In this document: piece by piece, positions 7,910 through 17,612 of the stretch | Position numbering within the stretch: the first letter of the stretch is position 1 | How the letters are laid out: each line of letters begins with the position of its first letter | Assembly (NCBI GenBank): GCA_963831435.1 | Contig: CAWHQK010000082.1 | Location: 22,741-86,740, forward strand | DNA: 64,000 nucleotides | Source of the DNA: an uncultured Acidobacteriota bacterium | Lineage (GTDB): Bacteria; Acidobacteriota; Terriglobia; Terriglobales; Acidobacteriaceae | Direction of reading: 5' to 3' | The notes under the pieces: generated by a model | The model's database searches: none | What the model was told of the DNA's origin: nothing | What the model saw: the letters and a program-made list of their open reading frames with translations, nothing else | Program-made: the position numbers and the translations under genes

Positions 7910-10486
7910 ATGCGCCCCCGATTGCAGACGCTCTTATTTGCCCTCTCGCTCATTCCACTGTTGCTCATCCTCCCAACACCCAGCGCAGCCCAGAGTCTCC
8001 AGATGAAGGTGACGGACAACGGCTATCTGGATGCACGCGGCGTCAGCGTAATGCTGTACGACAGCGCCTTCAGTCCTGTCTTCTTCGACCAGAAGGATGC
8101 AGCCATGCAGATTATTCTGCACGGCAATCGCATCGCCACTAACGGCAGCCTGCGACTCCTGGCCACGCCGGAACAGTGGGATGCCATCCCGACCATTAAA
8201 GCGCATCAGGCTGACAAAGAACACGACCGCCTCACCGCCGACCTCTCCTACCCCGAATACCACTTCGACTATCACGTTGTAGTTGCCGCCGAACCGGGCG
8301 GCGTCCGCGTGACGGTGAATCTTGATCAGCCGCTGCCCGCGAGCCTCGTCGGACGCGCTGGCTACAATCTGGAGTTTTTGCCCTCCATCTACATGGACAA
8401 GGCATTCGCCGTGGACAACAAGGTCTTCGGCGTGATGCCGCGTTATCCCGAGGACAAAATGACCACGGTACCGCCCAATCCCGACGATCCGAAGCGAGTG
8501 TGGTACGTGGAGCAGTGGCACAAAGCTGAGGGATACACGGAGCCTTTGCCTTTTGCCTCGGGCGAGAGCGTTACGCTGGCCGCAACCGATCCTCTTAACC
8601 GCATCAGCATCTCCTCGGAGAGCGGACCGATTCAGATGTTCGACGGACGCGACAAGGCGCAGAACGGATGGTTCGTGCTCCGCACTCTCATTCCTGCGGG
8701 CAAGACAAAAGATGCCCTGGTCTGGCACATCCGGCCCAACTACATTCCGGATTGGACTCGGCCAACCATGATTGCGCATACCCAGGCAGGCTACGCCGCT
8801 GATTTCCCGAAAACGGCGGTCCTCGAACTCGATCCCAACTCCGCCGTGTCCGGTACGGCAAAGTTGTTGCGGCTCTCCGATGATGGCTCGCTCAAGGAAG
8901 CCTTTGAAGGGCCGGTCTCAACGCCGACCCGCTGGCTGCGCTACCTCTACTCCAAATTCGATTTTTCTTCCGTCAAAGATCCCGGCTTGTACGTCATCGA
9001 GTACGCCGGCCAGCGCAGCGATTTCTTCCCGATCGCAAAGGACGTTTACAAAAATACGTGGCAGACTACGCTCGACAGCTTTCTCGCCGTGCAGATGGAC
9101 CACGTATCGGTGCAGGATGGTTATCACATGTGGCACGGCGTCGCCCATCTCGATGACGCTCGCCAAGCCCCGGCTAACACGCCACACTTTGACGGCTACA
9201 AGATGGGCCCCGACACCTACTCGCCCTACAAGCCGGGAGAACACATTCCGGGGCTGAACGTTGGCGGCTGGTTTGACGCTGGCGACTTCGACAACGACGA
9301 CTACGGCCAATACGCCACCATTCAAAATCTTTCGCTTGCCTACAGCACGTTTCACATCAAGTGGGACGAGCTTACGGTCAACGAGAAGGCCCGTTCCGTT
9401 GAGATGCACCGCCCCGATGGCATTCCCGATATCGTGCAACAGGTCGAGCACGGCGTGCTGCAGCAGCTCGCCCAGGTGCATATAGTCGGCCATCCCTTCA
9501 CGGGGATTCAGTCGGCTTGGTTGTCGGAGTACACCTTCGTCGGCGATGCCGCGTCACAGACTGACAACCGGCTCTACGACCCAAAGCTCTCGCCCGATCA
9601 AATCAAAGGCGACTACTCCGGCAAGCCCGATGACCGCTGGGCCTGGACGGGATACACCACGTTCAACCAGTACGGCGCCGCGGCATCGCTTGCCGCCGCG
9701 TCGAGCGTGCTCAAAGGCTGGAACGACCCGCTCGCTAAGGACTGCCTCGATACCGCCATTAAACTCTGGAATGACGAGCAGACACATCCCGCTCCTAACC
9801 CATTCCGCCGCGGATTCGCGGGCTTCGGACCTCCCGACTGGTCAGCAGCGCTCGAGTTGATGATTGCCACCAATGGCGGCCAGCCCTATAAGCGGCGCGT
9901 GGAAGAACTATTCCCCACCATCCTTGAGCACATGAATTTTCGAAGCTGGACCGCGGTGCGAGCGCTGCCATATCTCGATAGCAGTTACAAGGCGCGCCTC
10001 AGAACAGCGCTAACTGCCTGGCTGCCGCAGCTGAAGCAGGAACTCGACTCGACCCCCTTCGGCGTGCCTGTCACGCTGCGAGACTGGGGCGGTTCCGAGC
10101 AGGTGGCTGACTTTGGCGTCGAGATGTACTTTCTGCACGAAGCTTTTCCGGACCTCATCGGCCCGGAATATACTCTTCGCGCCGCCAATTACCTGCTCGG
10201 GGCGCATCCGGTGTCGAGCGTGTCGTACATCGCTGCCATCGGTACCGCCTCAAAGCTGCATACCTACTCGAACAATCGCGGTGACGATTCGTACATTCCC
10301 GGAAGCATGATACCGGGCTACGTTGTGATTAAGCCAGACTTCCCCGAGTGCATCACCGATTTCGGGATGCTTTGGTTTGAGGATGAAACCACCGTCTCTG
10401 CCGCCAGCAGTTGGGTACTGGAGGCAAACGCGGCGGAGGCGCTTGTGACCGAAAAAGAAGCTACAGAGCGTACGGCGGGAAACTAA
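7910..10486 (+). CDS. secreted glycoside hydrolase family 9-like protein with an N-terminal Ig-like domain
   Basis: Signal peptide ending PSAAQ. An Ig-like segment ends in SDFFPIAKDVY. A GH9-type motif GGWFDAGDFDNDDYGQYA is present, and the acidic region WFEDETTVSAASSW lies near the C-terminus. Confidence 0.65.
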   Translation: MRPRLQTLLFALSLIPLLLILPTPSAAQSLQMKVTDNGYLDARGVSVMLYDSAFSPVFFDQKDAAMQIILHGNRIATNGSLRLLATPEQWDAIPTIKAHQADKEHDRLTADLSYPEYHFDYHVVVAAEPGGVRVTVNLDQPLPASLVGRAGYNLEFLPSIYMDKAFAVDNKVFGVMPRYPEDKMTTVPPNPDDPKRVWYVEQWHKAEGYTEPLPFASGESVTLAATDPLNRISISSESGPIQMFDGRDKAQNGWFVLRTLIPAGKTKDALVWHIRPNYIPDWTRPTMIAHTQAGYAADFPKTAVLELDPNSAVSGTAKLLRLSDDGSLKEAFEGPVSTPTRWLRYLYSKFDFSSVKDPGLYVIEYAGQRSDFFPIAKDVYKNTWQTTLDSFLAVQMDHVSVQDGYHMWHGVAHLDDARQAPANTPHFDGYKMGPDTYSPYKPGEHIPGLNVGGWFDAGDFDNDDYGQYATIQNLSLAYSTFHIKWDELTVNEKARSVEMHRPDGIPDIVQQVEHGVLQQLAQVHIVGHPFTGIQSAWLSEYTFVGDAASQTDNRLYDPKLSPDQIKGDYSGKPDDRWAWTGYTTFNQYGAAASLAAASSVLKGWNDPLAKDCLDTAIKLWNDEQTHPAPNPFRRGFAGFGPPDWSAALELMIATNGGQPYKRRVEELFPTILEHMNFRSWTAVRALPYLDSSYKARLRTALTAWLPQLKQELDSTPFGVPVTLRDWGGSEQVADFGVEMYFLHEAFPDLIGPEYTLRAANYLLGAHPVSSVSYIAAIGTASKLHTYSNNRGDDSYIPGSMIPGYVVIKPDFPECITDFGMLWFEDETTVSAASSWVLEANAAEALVTEKEATERTAGN

Positions 10487-10784
10487 TCTTCGTTCCTGGG
10501 TAGAATGCCAGAACTGAATTGAAAGATTGCTCAGGTTGAGCGAGGAACCGTTTGACGATTTGCATCGTGATCGCAGCGGCGGGACAGATCTCCATTGTCG
10601 TTTTCGTGAACCTGAACGGAGTAGTGGCGCGCGCGAAAAACTATCTTTATCCGTCTAACGATCTGCCCGTTCTGACACTCCATTAAAGTCCCAACCCCTT
10701 TAGGACGATAGATATCCAGAGAATCTGCAGCTGGCCGAGGCTTATTTTTCAGGGCTGTCCCTGCGCCGTTCGCGCCCCAGGACG

Positions 10785-12545
10785 ATGACCGTGGCAATAC
10801 TAATTCTGATGAACAGCGCGCAAATCGTGACAGTATACGACCATCGCCTGGTCATCATTGCCATTTTGCTCGCGCTGCTGATTTTCTGCGCCGCGGCCCT
10901 TGCGACCCTTTTGCTCAAACAACGCCTTTTCGCCCATCGCCTTGAGCTAGTCGTCCATGAACGTCGCTACCGATTGCTGTTCGAAAGAAGTCCGGTGGGC
11001 GTCTTCCGCACTACTTTGTCGGGAAGAGTGCTGGAAATCAACGAAGCCGGAGCGCGAATTTTTGGCTACGAATCGCGCATGGATTTCCGTTCGCAAAATG
11101 CGCAGCAGCTTTATTTCGACCCCCAGGAACGTGATCGACTGATCCAAAAAATAAAGAAGGACAAATTTATTACCAACGCAGAAACTCGCCTGCGCCGGAA
11201 AGACGGCTCGGCTGTCTGGGTGCTCCAAAACATTACTTTGGTGGAATCCGACGAGGATGACACCACGCTCGAGGGGACCCTGATTGACATCAGCGCGCGC
11301 AAGCAAGCCGAAGCGGAGCTGAAAGAGGCCAAGGAAGCCTCCGAAGCTGCTTCCCGCGCCAAGGGAGAATTCCTGGCCACCATAAGCCATGAAATTCGCA
11401 CGCCCATGAACGGCATTCTGGGTATGACGGAACTAGTCCTCGATACCCAACTCACGAACGAGCAGCGCGACAACCTCGGCCTGGTCAAGCTCTCGGCCGA
11501 ATCGCTGCTCGCCATCATCAACGACATTCTCGATTTCTCAAAAATCGAAGCGGGCCGCTTTGCCGTGGAATCCATTCCTTTCGATCTGCGCAAAAATCTC
11601 GGCGACACCATGAACGCTTTCGCGCTCCGCGCAAAACAGAAAGACCTGCGCCTGGTACATTCCGTTCCTGCGGAACTTCCCGAAAAACTTGTCGGCGATC
11701 CGGGCCGCATTCGCCAGGTCCTGGTAAACCTGGTGGGCAATGCGTTGAAGTTCACCGAACACGGAGAAATTTCGCTGGACGTGCAAAAAGAACAGGGGCA
11801 AAACAAAAAAGACCACGACGGCTCCCTCTGTCTGCACTTCACTATTCGTGACACGGGCAGGGGCATTCCCGAAGAGATGCGAGAAAAAATCTTCGAGCCG
11901 TTTACTCAGGAAGACGGTTCCATGAGTCGCAACTATGGAGGCACCGGACTAGGATTGACGATTTCCAAACGCCTGGCGGAAAAAATGGGCGGTACCATCT
12001 GGTTCGAAAGCCAAACCGGCAAGGGGAGCACCTTCCACTTTACGGTGGAACTGAAACTGGAAGCCGCCGCCGCGCCCGCCATCGAAAACATGATCGCCGT
12101 AACTGATGCGGTCGCGACCCTGGCCGCCCAGACATGTCGAGACCAGCCCCGAGTGCTGTTGGTCGAAGACAACGCCGTGAATCGCACCTTGGCCTTGCGC
12201 CTTTTGGAGAAAAAAGGTTTTGCCGTCACCGTGGCGGTCGACGGACAAGCAGCCCTCGAAGAACTGGAAAAAGCGAATTTTGAAATCGTTTTAATGGACG
12301 TCCAAATGCCCCGCATGGACGGCCTGACCGCAACGGCCGCCATCCGCGCCCGCGAAAAAATCACCGGGGCGCATCTACCCATCGTGGCCATGACGGCCCA
12401 TGCCCTCAAAGGCGACCGTGAGCGCTGTCTCGAAGCTGGCATGGACAGTTATCTTTCCAAACCGATTCGCACCGCAGAATTGTTCGCCACCATCGAAACG
12501 TTGATCGCAAATCCCGCCGCCAGGACCGCATCGGCGGGCCAATAG
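10785..12545 (+). CDS. hybrid sensor histidine kinase / response regulator with PAS domain
   Basis: TM segment, then a PAS region ([16 protein letters not shown]...). H-box [18 protein letters not shown]-box [11 protein letters not shown]-boxes DTGRGIP and [13 protein letters not shown]. Receiver domain [11 protein letters not shown]...[10 protein letters not shown]...SKPI. Confidence 0.9.
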   Translation: MTVAILILMNSAQIVTVYDHRLVIIAILLALLIFCAAALATLLLKQRLFAHRLELVVHERRYRLLFERSPVGVFRTTLSGRVLEINEAGARIFGYESRMDFRSQNAQQLYFDPQERDRLIQKIKKDKFITNAETRLRRKDGSAVWVLQNITLVESDEDDTTLEGTLIDISARKQAEAELKEAKEASEAASRAKGEFLATISHEIRTPMNGILGMTELVLDTQLTNEQRDNLGLVKLSAESLLAIINDILDFSKIEAGRFAVESIPFDLRKNLGDTMNAFALRAKQKDLRLVHSVPAELPEKLVGDPGRIRQVLVNLVGNALKFTEHGEISLDVQKEQGQNKKDHDGSLCLHFTIRDTGRGIPEEMREKIFEPFTQEDGSMSRNYGGTGLGLTISKRLAEKMGGTIWFESQTGKGSTFHFTVELKLEAAAAPAIENMIAVTDAVATLAAQTCRDQPRVLLVEDNAVNRTLALRLLEKKGFAVTVAVDGQAALEELEKANFEIVLMDVQMPRMDGLTATAAIRAREKITGAHLPIVAMTAHALKGDRERCLEAGMDSYLSKPIRTAELFATIETLIANPAARTASAGQ

Positions 12546-12693
12546 GCTTATGAGCTTCAAACCATCCGACACTATTTCGAATGGGAAAGGCCCGACTTGA
12601 GTCGCGCCAAAAGATGGCCATCTTGATGCGCCGTTATGGCGCAACCGTTCTATCCGAATCTTCCATTTTGATTAGCGCCCAAAAAACTTTATA

Positions 12694-13737
12694 TTGGACG
12701 GGATGAATAAGTCCGCCTCTCTCCTTTGCGTCCTGGCCCTTTCCGGGTTTCTGCTTGCCGCCGCTGTTCCCACGCTCGAGCCCTTGCCCGCGCCTGTCTC
12801 TAACAATGCGATTGCCAGCATGAAGGTCCGCGGCGATCTATACATCTTCTCGCTCATGGGCATTGGTGAAAAACGCAGCTGGGATGCCGTGAGCAATGCT
12901 GGATATATTTTCGACAACGACACCGGAGGCTGGACTTCGATTCACGGCGTGCCCGGCACAACGGGACGTATTGCGGCCATGGCCGCCGCGGAAAATGGCC
13001 GCGTTTACTTAGCTGGCGGCGCCGTGGTTGACGCCCAAAGCGGCGTAACGCCGGTTCCTGACTTAAACATTTACGCCCAGGATGCGGAAGAATGGCTGCG
13101 GGGCGCTGACCTTCCCGTTGGAGTGGCCAATGCGGTCATCGGTACCTATCGCGAACGCTACATTTACGTGATCGGCGGCCGATCGCGCTCCGGCCCAGTC
13201 AACAATGTACAGGTCTATGACCTCACCGACAATTCATGGGAGAGCGCCACTCCCACTCCCGGCGCTCCCGTGTTCGGCCAAGCCGGTGCCGTTCTCGATG
13301 ACACCATTGTGGTGGTGGATGGAGCCACGTCAACGACCGGAGATATTTCCAACGCCTGCTGGTTGGGAAAAATTGACCGCAAGAATCCGCTGAAAATCTC
13401 CTGGAGCAAACTCCCTCCCCATCCCGGACAGCCCGGATTCAATATCGCTGCGGGCGCGTGGCAGCGCGATAATAGGGTTTACTTCCTGGGCGGCACTGCT
13501 GTGGTTACCAACTACAAAGGAGAAGGCCCGGACGGAAAAATTCCGCAACCTTCCCCGATGACTTTTGCCCTGAATCTGAAAACCAAAAACTGGGAAGTCG
13601 TCAATCCGAACGTGCCCCATGTCACCCTGGATAATCGCTTTTTAATTCCCACCGAGCAAGGATTAGTCGTGATCGGCGGCACCGAACCCGACGGAAAAGT
13701 CACCAAGAGCATGCGAGTTATTCCGCGAGGAAAATGA
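12694..13737 (+). CDS. secreted Kelch-repeat beta-propeller protein
   Basis: Signal peptide, followed by repeated blade motifs RVYLAGG, YIYVIGGR, DDTIVVVDG, RVYFLGGT and GLVVIGGT. Confidence 0.7.
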   Translation: MDGMNKSASLLCVLALSGFLLAAAVPTLEPLPAPVSNNAIASMKVRGDLYIFSLMGIGEKRSWDAVSNAGYIFDNDTGGWTSIHGVPGTTGRIAAMAAAENGRVYLAGGAVVDAQSGVTPVPDLNIYAQDAEEWLRGADLPVGVANAVIGTYRERYIYVIGGRSRSGPVNNVQVYDLTDNSWESATPTPGAPVFGQAGAVLDDTIVVVDGATSTTGDISNACWLGKIDRKNPLKISWSKLPPHPGQPGFNIAAGAWQRDNRVYFLGGTAVVTNYKGEGPDGKIPQPSPMTFALNLKTKNWEVVNPNVPHVTLDNRFLIPTEQGLVVIGGTEPDGKVTKSMRVIPRGK

Positions 13738-13777
13738 TTCGTTGAAAGCGTAGTAAAACCAATCGGGCAAAAATAAA

Positions 13778-13805
13778 ACAGGCCGAAGAGTGATCTCCGG
13801 CCTGT
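13778..13805. terminator. bidirectional intrinsic terminator between convergent genes
   Basis: Hairpin ACAGGCCG-(loop)-CGGCCTGT, flanked by AAAATAAA on the left and TGTTTTCTT on the right. Confidence 0.65.
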
Positions 13806-13813
13806 TGTTTTCT

Positions 13814-16252
13814 TCAGCGACGTCCACCACCGCCTGAGTGACCTCCGCCGCCTCCACTATGCGATCCGCCACCGCCACCTCCGCCGTGGTAACCGCCGCC
13901 TCCACCGCCGCCGCTGCTTCCGTGGTATCCGCCGCCACCGCCATAACTGCCACCGCCCGTAGAGCGGGCTGCTGGTGCCGAGCGCTGGGTGACCACCGGC
14001 TGCCGCATATTCAGCGGAGGCCGTGAATATCCGCGCGACTCGCCCGAGTATCCGGATCTGCCGGAGTATGCGCCTTCAGACCGCGGATAACTTCCACCAT
14101 AAGATCTGCCGCCGTAGGAGCGGTCGCCATATGAGCGGTTGTTATAGGAACCGTAGGATCGGTTGTCCAGTGAACGCCCGGACGACTGCGGCATACTGGA
14201 AGAGCGAGATTGCGGCGTGAATCGCTGCCAACCTCCGCGATCGGAGTTCTGCGGAGTACTGCTGTTCGCGGGACGAGGAATGTTATTGTTCCTGATCGCG
14301 CTACTATTCCCCGCGCCCTGCGGACGGTTGAAAGAAGCATTCGCGCCGCCGGAAACATTTGTTCGGGTAGAACGGTTCGCTCCATTTGCAGAGTTAGAGC
14401 CAAAAGACCGCCAGCCTGGATTTGCCGCCGCACCATGAGCATTTTCTGCGCCATGGTTGGCTTGCACCGCAGTGTTCGGACGGGCAACATTATTCGATCC
14501 GCCGAATGAGGAACGGTTCCGAACATTCGAATTGGAGTTGCCGGGTCGAGGAACATTGTTGTTGCCGGCAAATCCGCGATTGTTTGATCCGTTGTTGTTA
14601 AATCCACGTACGCCGCTTTGCGTGCCCGTGGAGCGGCTGTCGCGCTGAATGTTTTGCCGCACCTGCTCCGACTGCCGCGCAAACGATTCCGTGTGAACGC
14701 CTGGCTGCCGCCCGAAGAAATGTTGCGAGGCTCCATTATGAATGGTGGAGGGATTCGCCGCACGGTTCGACGCATGCAAGCTTTTGCGTCCCGGCACCAC
14801 CGGAACATTTCCGCCCATCATGCGCGCGTGTTCGAATTGGCCGCGTCCTAATGCCTGCGCCCGAACTCCTCCGGTGCCAAAGTGGCGCGAATCTACCACT
14901 GAGATAGAGCGCCGGAAGCCTTCGTTGCGTTCTGCCAGCCGCAGGTTGGAGAATCGCTCTCCTCCATGCAGTGGTCTGAATCCGCCAAAGCGGTGGAAAT
15001 CGTTGAAGTGATGGAAATCCACGAACGTGAAGCGTCCGCGAAATCCGCCCCACCACGGGAAGAAAGGATCGCAGGGGCCGATGGGAAGCCATCCTACCGA
15101 GCCAAAACCAAATCCAACCCCTCCGCCGAATCCGAAGAAGGAGACGTAAGCCGGAGCCCAAATAGGCCGGTAAGGATAGCCATAGCCGTAGCCCACTCCA
15201 ACTGGTCCCGGCCACCATGCCCATGCGCCGCCGTATTGGAACCAGCGTCCGTAGTGGTAAGGAGCCCATCCCCAGGGCTCATAAGAAACCCACGTCCAAC
15301 CCCAATAAGGCTCCCAAACCCAGCGCCCAGCACGATACGGCGTCCAGCCTACGCTGACTGAGGGATACCAGACCGGACCATAATCCGGGACGTTGCCCCA
15401 GTGGCCGTAAGCGTCAAGATCTTCGCTGCCAGTGTAGTAGCGGTCGGTGTGGTTCCATGACTGCGCGCTTTGAATGGTGTGATCGCGGTCATTGTTCCAG
15501 CGGTCCCATTCATCTTTGGGAGGTGCATCGGAAGTTTTATATTGCGCGTCGGTCGAAGTGCCGCGAATAATCGCATCCTGCCCCTGCTGCAGATGCGTGC
15601 TGCCCTGCGGGGTGGAAATGTCGGCTTCACCCTTGCGCACGATGATTTCCGTGTCGCCGTCAGGGCGAACTTCAATGCGGAAGCTGCCGTCGCGATTGGT
15701 TGGATGAATGGCGACATTGGGCGTATCAATTTCCGCCGCGGCTTCGCTGTCCTTAAAAACGTCATAGTTGACGATGCCCTGCGCGATTTGCACCTGGATC
15801 TGATTGCGCGTAAGGGTCGCGACGGTGGCTTGCGAGCGGTTGCTAAGGCGCAGGATGTTGGCATAGTCGAGCTGGACTTCGGCGCGTGAATTATCTCCCG
15901 TCGAAACCTTGTCACCGCTGACAATGGGAGCATTCAACACCGCCGCAGCCCAGTCGCCGGAATCGCCGCGCTGGGTGGAAACCGCACCGTGAACTAGGCT
16001 GATGCGCGCCACGCCTTGCGCGCTATCGGTCCCTTGCTGCTGCGGTCCTTCTTGCTGTTGACCATTCTGCTGTTGCGACGCGACGTCCGGTTGCGGAGCG
16101 CTCGGGCCATCTTCCTGGGGGGCGCTTTGTTGCGGCGCATTCTGTTGAACCGAAGCATCGGCGTCGGGCGGAGCGTCCTGCGCCTGAACGCCCGTAGACG
16201 CAAATAGCGCGGAAGCCGATATAACCACCGCCGCCAGAAGTCTGCTTTTCAT
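13814..16252 (-). CDS. secreted FecR-like domain protein with a Trp/Tyr-rich core and a long Asn/Ser/Arg/Gly-rich tail
   Basis: The likely start is the ATG at 16252 (GGAGG about 9 nt upstream), giving signal peptide MKSRLLAAVVISASALFASTGVQAQ. FecR-like segment: RISLVHGAVSTQRGDSGDW...GDKVSTG. W-rich core: WVWEPYWGWTWVSYEPWGWAPYHYGRWF. Terminal tract: GGGGYHGGGGGGGSHSGGGGGHSGGGG. Confidence 0.7.
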   Translation of the reverse strand: MKSRLLAAVVISASALFASTGVQAQDAPPDADASVQQNAPQQSAPQEDGPSAPQPDVASQQQNGQQQEGPQQQGTDSAQGVARISLVHGAVSTQRGDSGDWAAAVLNAPIVSGDKVSTGDNSRAEVQLDYANILRLSNRSQATVATLTRNQIQVQIAQGIVNYDVFKDSEAAAEIDTPNVAIHPTNRDGSFRIEVRPDGDTEIIVRKGEADISTPQGSTHLQQGQDAIIRGTSTDAQYKTSDAPPKDEWDRWNNDRDHTIQSAQSWNHTDRYYTGSEDLDAYGHWGNVPDYGPVWYPSVSVGWTPYRAGRWVWEPYWGWTWVSYEPWGWAPYHYGRWFQYGGAWAWWPGPVGVGYGYGYPYRPIWAPAYVSFFGFGGGVGFGFGSVGWLPIGPCDPFFPWWGGFRGRFTFVDFHHFNDFHRFGGFRPLHGGERFSNLRLAERNEGFRRSISVVDSRHFGTGGVRAQALGRGQFEHARMMGGNVPVVPGRKSLHASNRAANPSTIHNGASQHFFGRQPGVHTESFARQSEQVRQNIQRDSRSTGTQSGVRGFNNNGSNNRGFAGNNNVPRPGNSNSNVRNRSSFGGSNNVARPNTAVQANHGAENAHGAAANPGWRSFGSNSANGANRSTRTNVSGGANASFNRPQGAGNSSAIRNNNIPRPANSSTPQNSDRGGWQRFTPQSRSSSMPQSSGRSLDNRSYGSYNNRSYGDRSYGGRSYGGSYPRSEGAYSGRSGYSGESRGYSRPPLNMRQPVVTQRSAPAARSTGGGSYGGGGGYHGSSGGGGGGGYHGGGGGGGSHSGGGGGHSGGGGRR

Positions 16253-16621
16253 CACTACCCACCTCCGAAAATCCGAACAAAAAAGCAAATGCTAATGAAT
16301 AAAAGCAAGCTCCATGCCAAAGAGCGCAGCGCTTTGAAGAATTTTTAACTTATTGATTTCTATGGGAATAGCGGATTTTGGCGCGACGAGAATGGCTTAG
16401 AGAAATGAGGTCCCTGGTGCTTTTCAACCCAGGGTGGTGCTTTTCAATCACCCATAAAGTTCGAATTTATGCCGGTCGAATCCCCATTTCCGCCGCCTGA
16501 TTCTGGGTTGAATCACTCGCTTTCCTCAGACAGGACGCTACTGACCTCTGGAATAGTGCTCTCTGTTGGGAACGGATTCTAGCGTGATTTCGCTTGGCCC
16601 AACTCCCGAAGGATATTGCGA

Positions 16622-17494
16622 TTAACGCTGATTCAAGGCGGCCTGGACCAGGTCGCCAAGCTGTTGAGCAGTGAACTGATTTCCTTCGAGATTAGCGTAG
16701 AGCTTGCCTTGGCGGTCAACAACCACTGTGTGAAGGGTGTGCGTGAGGAAGCCCTCCTCACTCCAGAATTCCATCCCAAACATATGCGAAACGTTTTGTA
16801 CTTGCGACAGAGAGCCAGTCAGGAAATGCCAGGTTTTTGGATCGGCGTGCCAGATTCGCGCATATTTGTTGATTGCACCCTCTTGATCGTGTTGAGGATC
16901 AATGATGACGGTAAGCAATACCAAGTCGCGCCCCAGACGTTGTGGAAAGCGCTTTTTCAATTGTGCCAGATTGTTTGTGAGGCGGAAGCAATAAGCGGGA
17001 TTCGGACAGCGAACATAGGCGAAGCTAAGCGCCACGACTTTGCCTTTCAGATGAGAAAAGTTGATCTGTTTATGGCTCTGATCAATCAGGGTGAAATCAG
17101 GTACCGGCTGTTGGAGTTTAAGAATGCTCGACGCGGCAGCAGGATTGGAAAGCTTCGTTATGAGGGCCAAACGGTTGGCTTCAAGAGGTTCCCGTTCAAG
17201 GTTTTCACTGCTACGCATACGAATATTTGTTGCATAGGAGGTGCTTCCCTCCACCACAAGGGTGAAATCAATTGCTGTTCCGGGCTTTATGCCGTCAAGT
17301 GATTTTGCTTCACGAACATCAAAAGGCATCGTCATGGCGTCCATGTAGCCGGGAACGCTCTGGCAGGAAACGATCATGGAGCGATGTGCGGGATCCACTT
17401 TCACCACTAAGCCGGACATTGCATGGGTATTTACCGCCCAAATGGGGAGGGTAGCAAGCAACATAAAGACCGTCACCAGCATTCCGCGCTTCAC
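16622..17494 (-). CDS. CusF-like copper-binding domain fused to an SCO1/SenC-type thioredoxin-fold domain
   Basis: A GTG at 17494 lies 8 nt after AGGAGG. The longer ORF-track start would run through the upstream terminator. N-terminal domain: VKVDPAHRSMIVSCQSVPGYMDAMTMPFDV. SCO-like domain: GKVVALSFAYVRCPNPAYC...HTLHTVVVDRQGKL. Confidence 0.7.
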   Translation of the reverse strand: MKRGMLVTVFMLLATLPIWAVNTHAMSGLVVKVDPAHRSMIVSCQSVPGYMDAMTMPFDVREAKSLDGIKPGTAIDFTLVVEGSTSYATNIRMRSSENLEREPLEANRLALITKLSNPAAASSILKLQQPVPDFTLIDQSHKQINFSHLKGKVVALSFAYVRCPNPAYCFRLTNNLAQLKKRFPQRLGRDLVLLTVIIDPQHDQEGAINKYARIWHADPKTWHFLTGSLSQVQNVSHMFGMEFWSEEGFLTHTLHTVVVDRQGKLYANLEGNQFTAQQLGDLVQAALNQR

Positions 17495-17548
17495 TGTGCA
17501 AACCTCCTTATCGCATCGCGCGTTGTTATCTGTCCATGCTTCTCTCAG

Positions 17549-17580
17549 AAAAAAAAGCCGTCGCTTTTGCGGCGACGGCC
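17549..17580 (-). terminator. intrinsic terminator of the TonB-dependent receptor gene
   Basis: On the minus strand: GCCGTCGC-loop-GCGACGGC, followed by a T8 run. Confidence 0.8.
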
Positions 17581-17612
17581 TTTTCGAGCTTTGGACACTG
17601 GTAAATTCTAAA

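Noticed and set aside
7934-9493. Antisense ORFs inside the GH9 gene (7934-8779, 8918-9493 and others)
   Set aside because: These are shadow ORFs opposite a strongly supported 858-aa gene. They have no motifs and biased composition.
10531-10797. 88-aa minus-strand ORF in the gap upstream of the histidine kinase
   Set aside because: No RBS and no recognisable motif, and it overlaps the kinase start. This is more likely promoter or leader DNA.
12627-12641. Hairpin GCGCC-GTTAT-GGCGC as terminator of the histidine kinase gene
   Set aside because: The stem is only 5 bp and no U-tract follows, so the evidence is too weak to call.
14011-15933. Alternate-frame ORFs within the FecR-like/Gly-rich gene (14011-14808, 14736-15269, 15349-15933)
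   Set aside because: They lie on the same strand, off-frame, within repetitive low-complexity coding DNA. The 13814-16252 frame has the signal peptide, RBS and recognisable domains.
16411-16447. Possible sigma54 promoter (TGG..TTTTCAA resembles GG-N10-GC)
   Set aside because: The spacing and bases do not fit TGGCAC-N5-TTGCW on either strand, and the only downstream gene is on the opposite strand. It is kept only as a direct-repeat observation.
16616-17302. 228-aa plus-strand ORF opposite the CusF/SCO gene
   Set aside because: It is antisense to a gene with clear domain motifs. There is no RBS, and the translation has no recognisable features.
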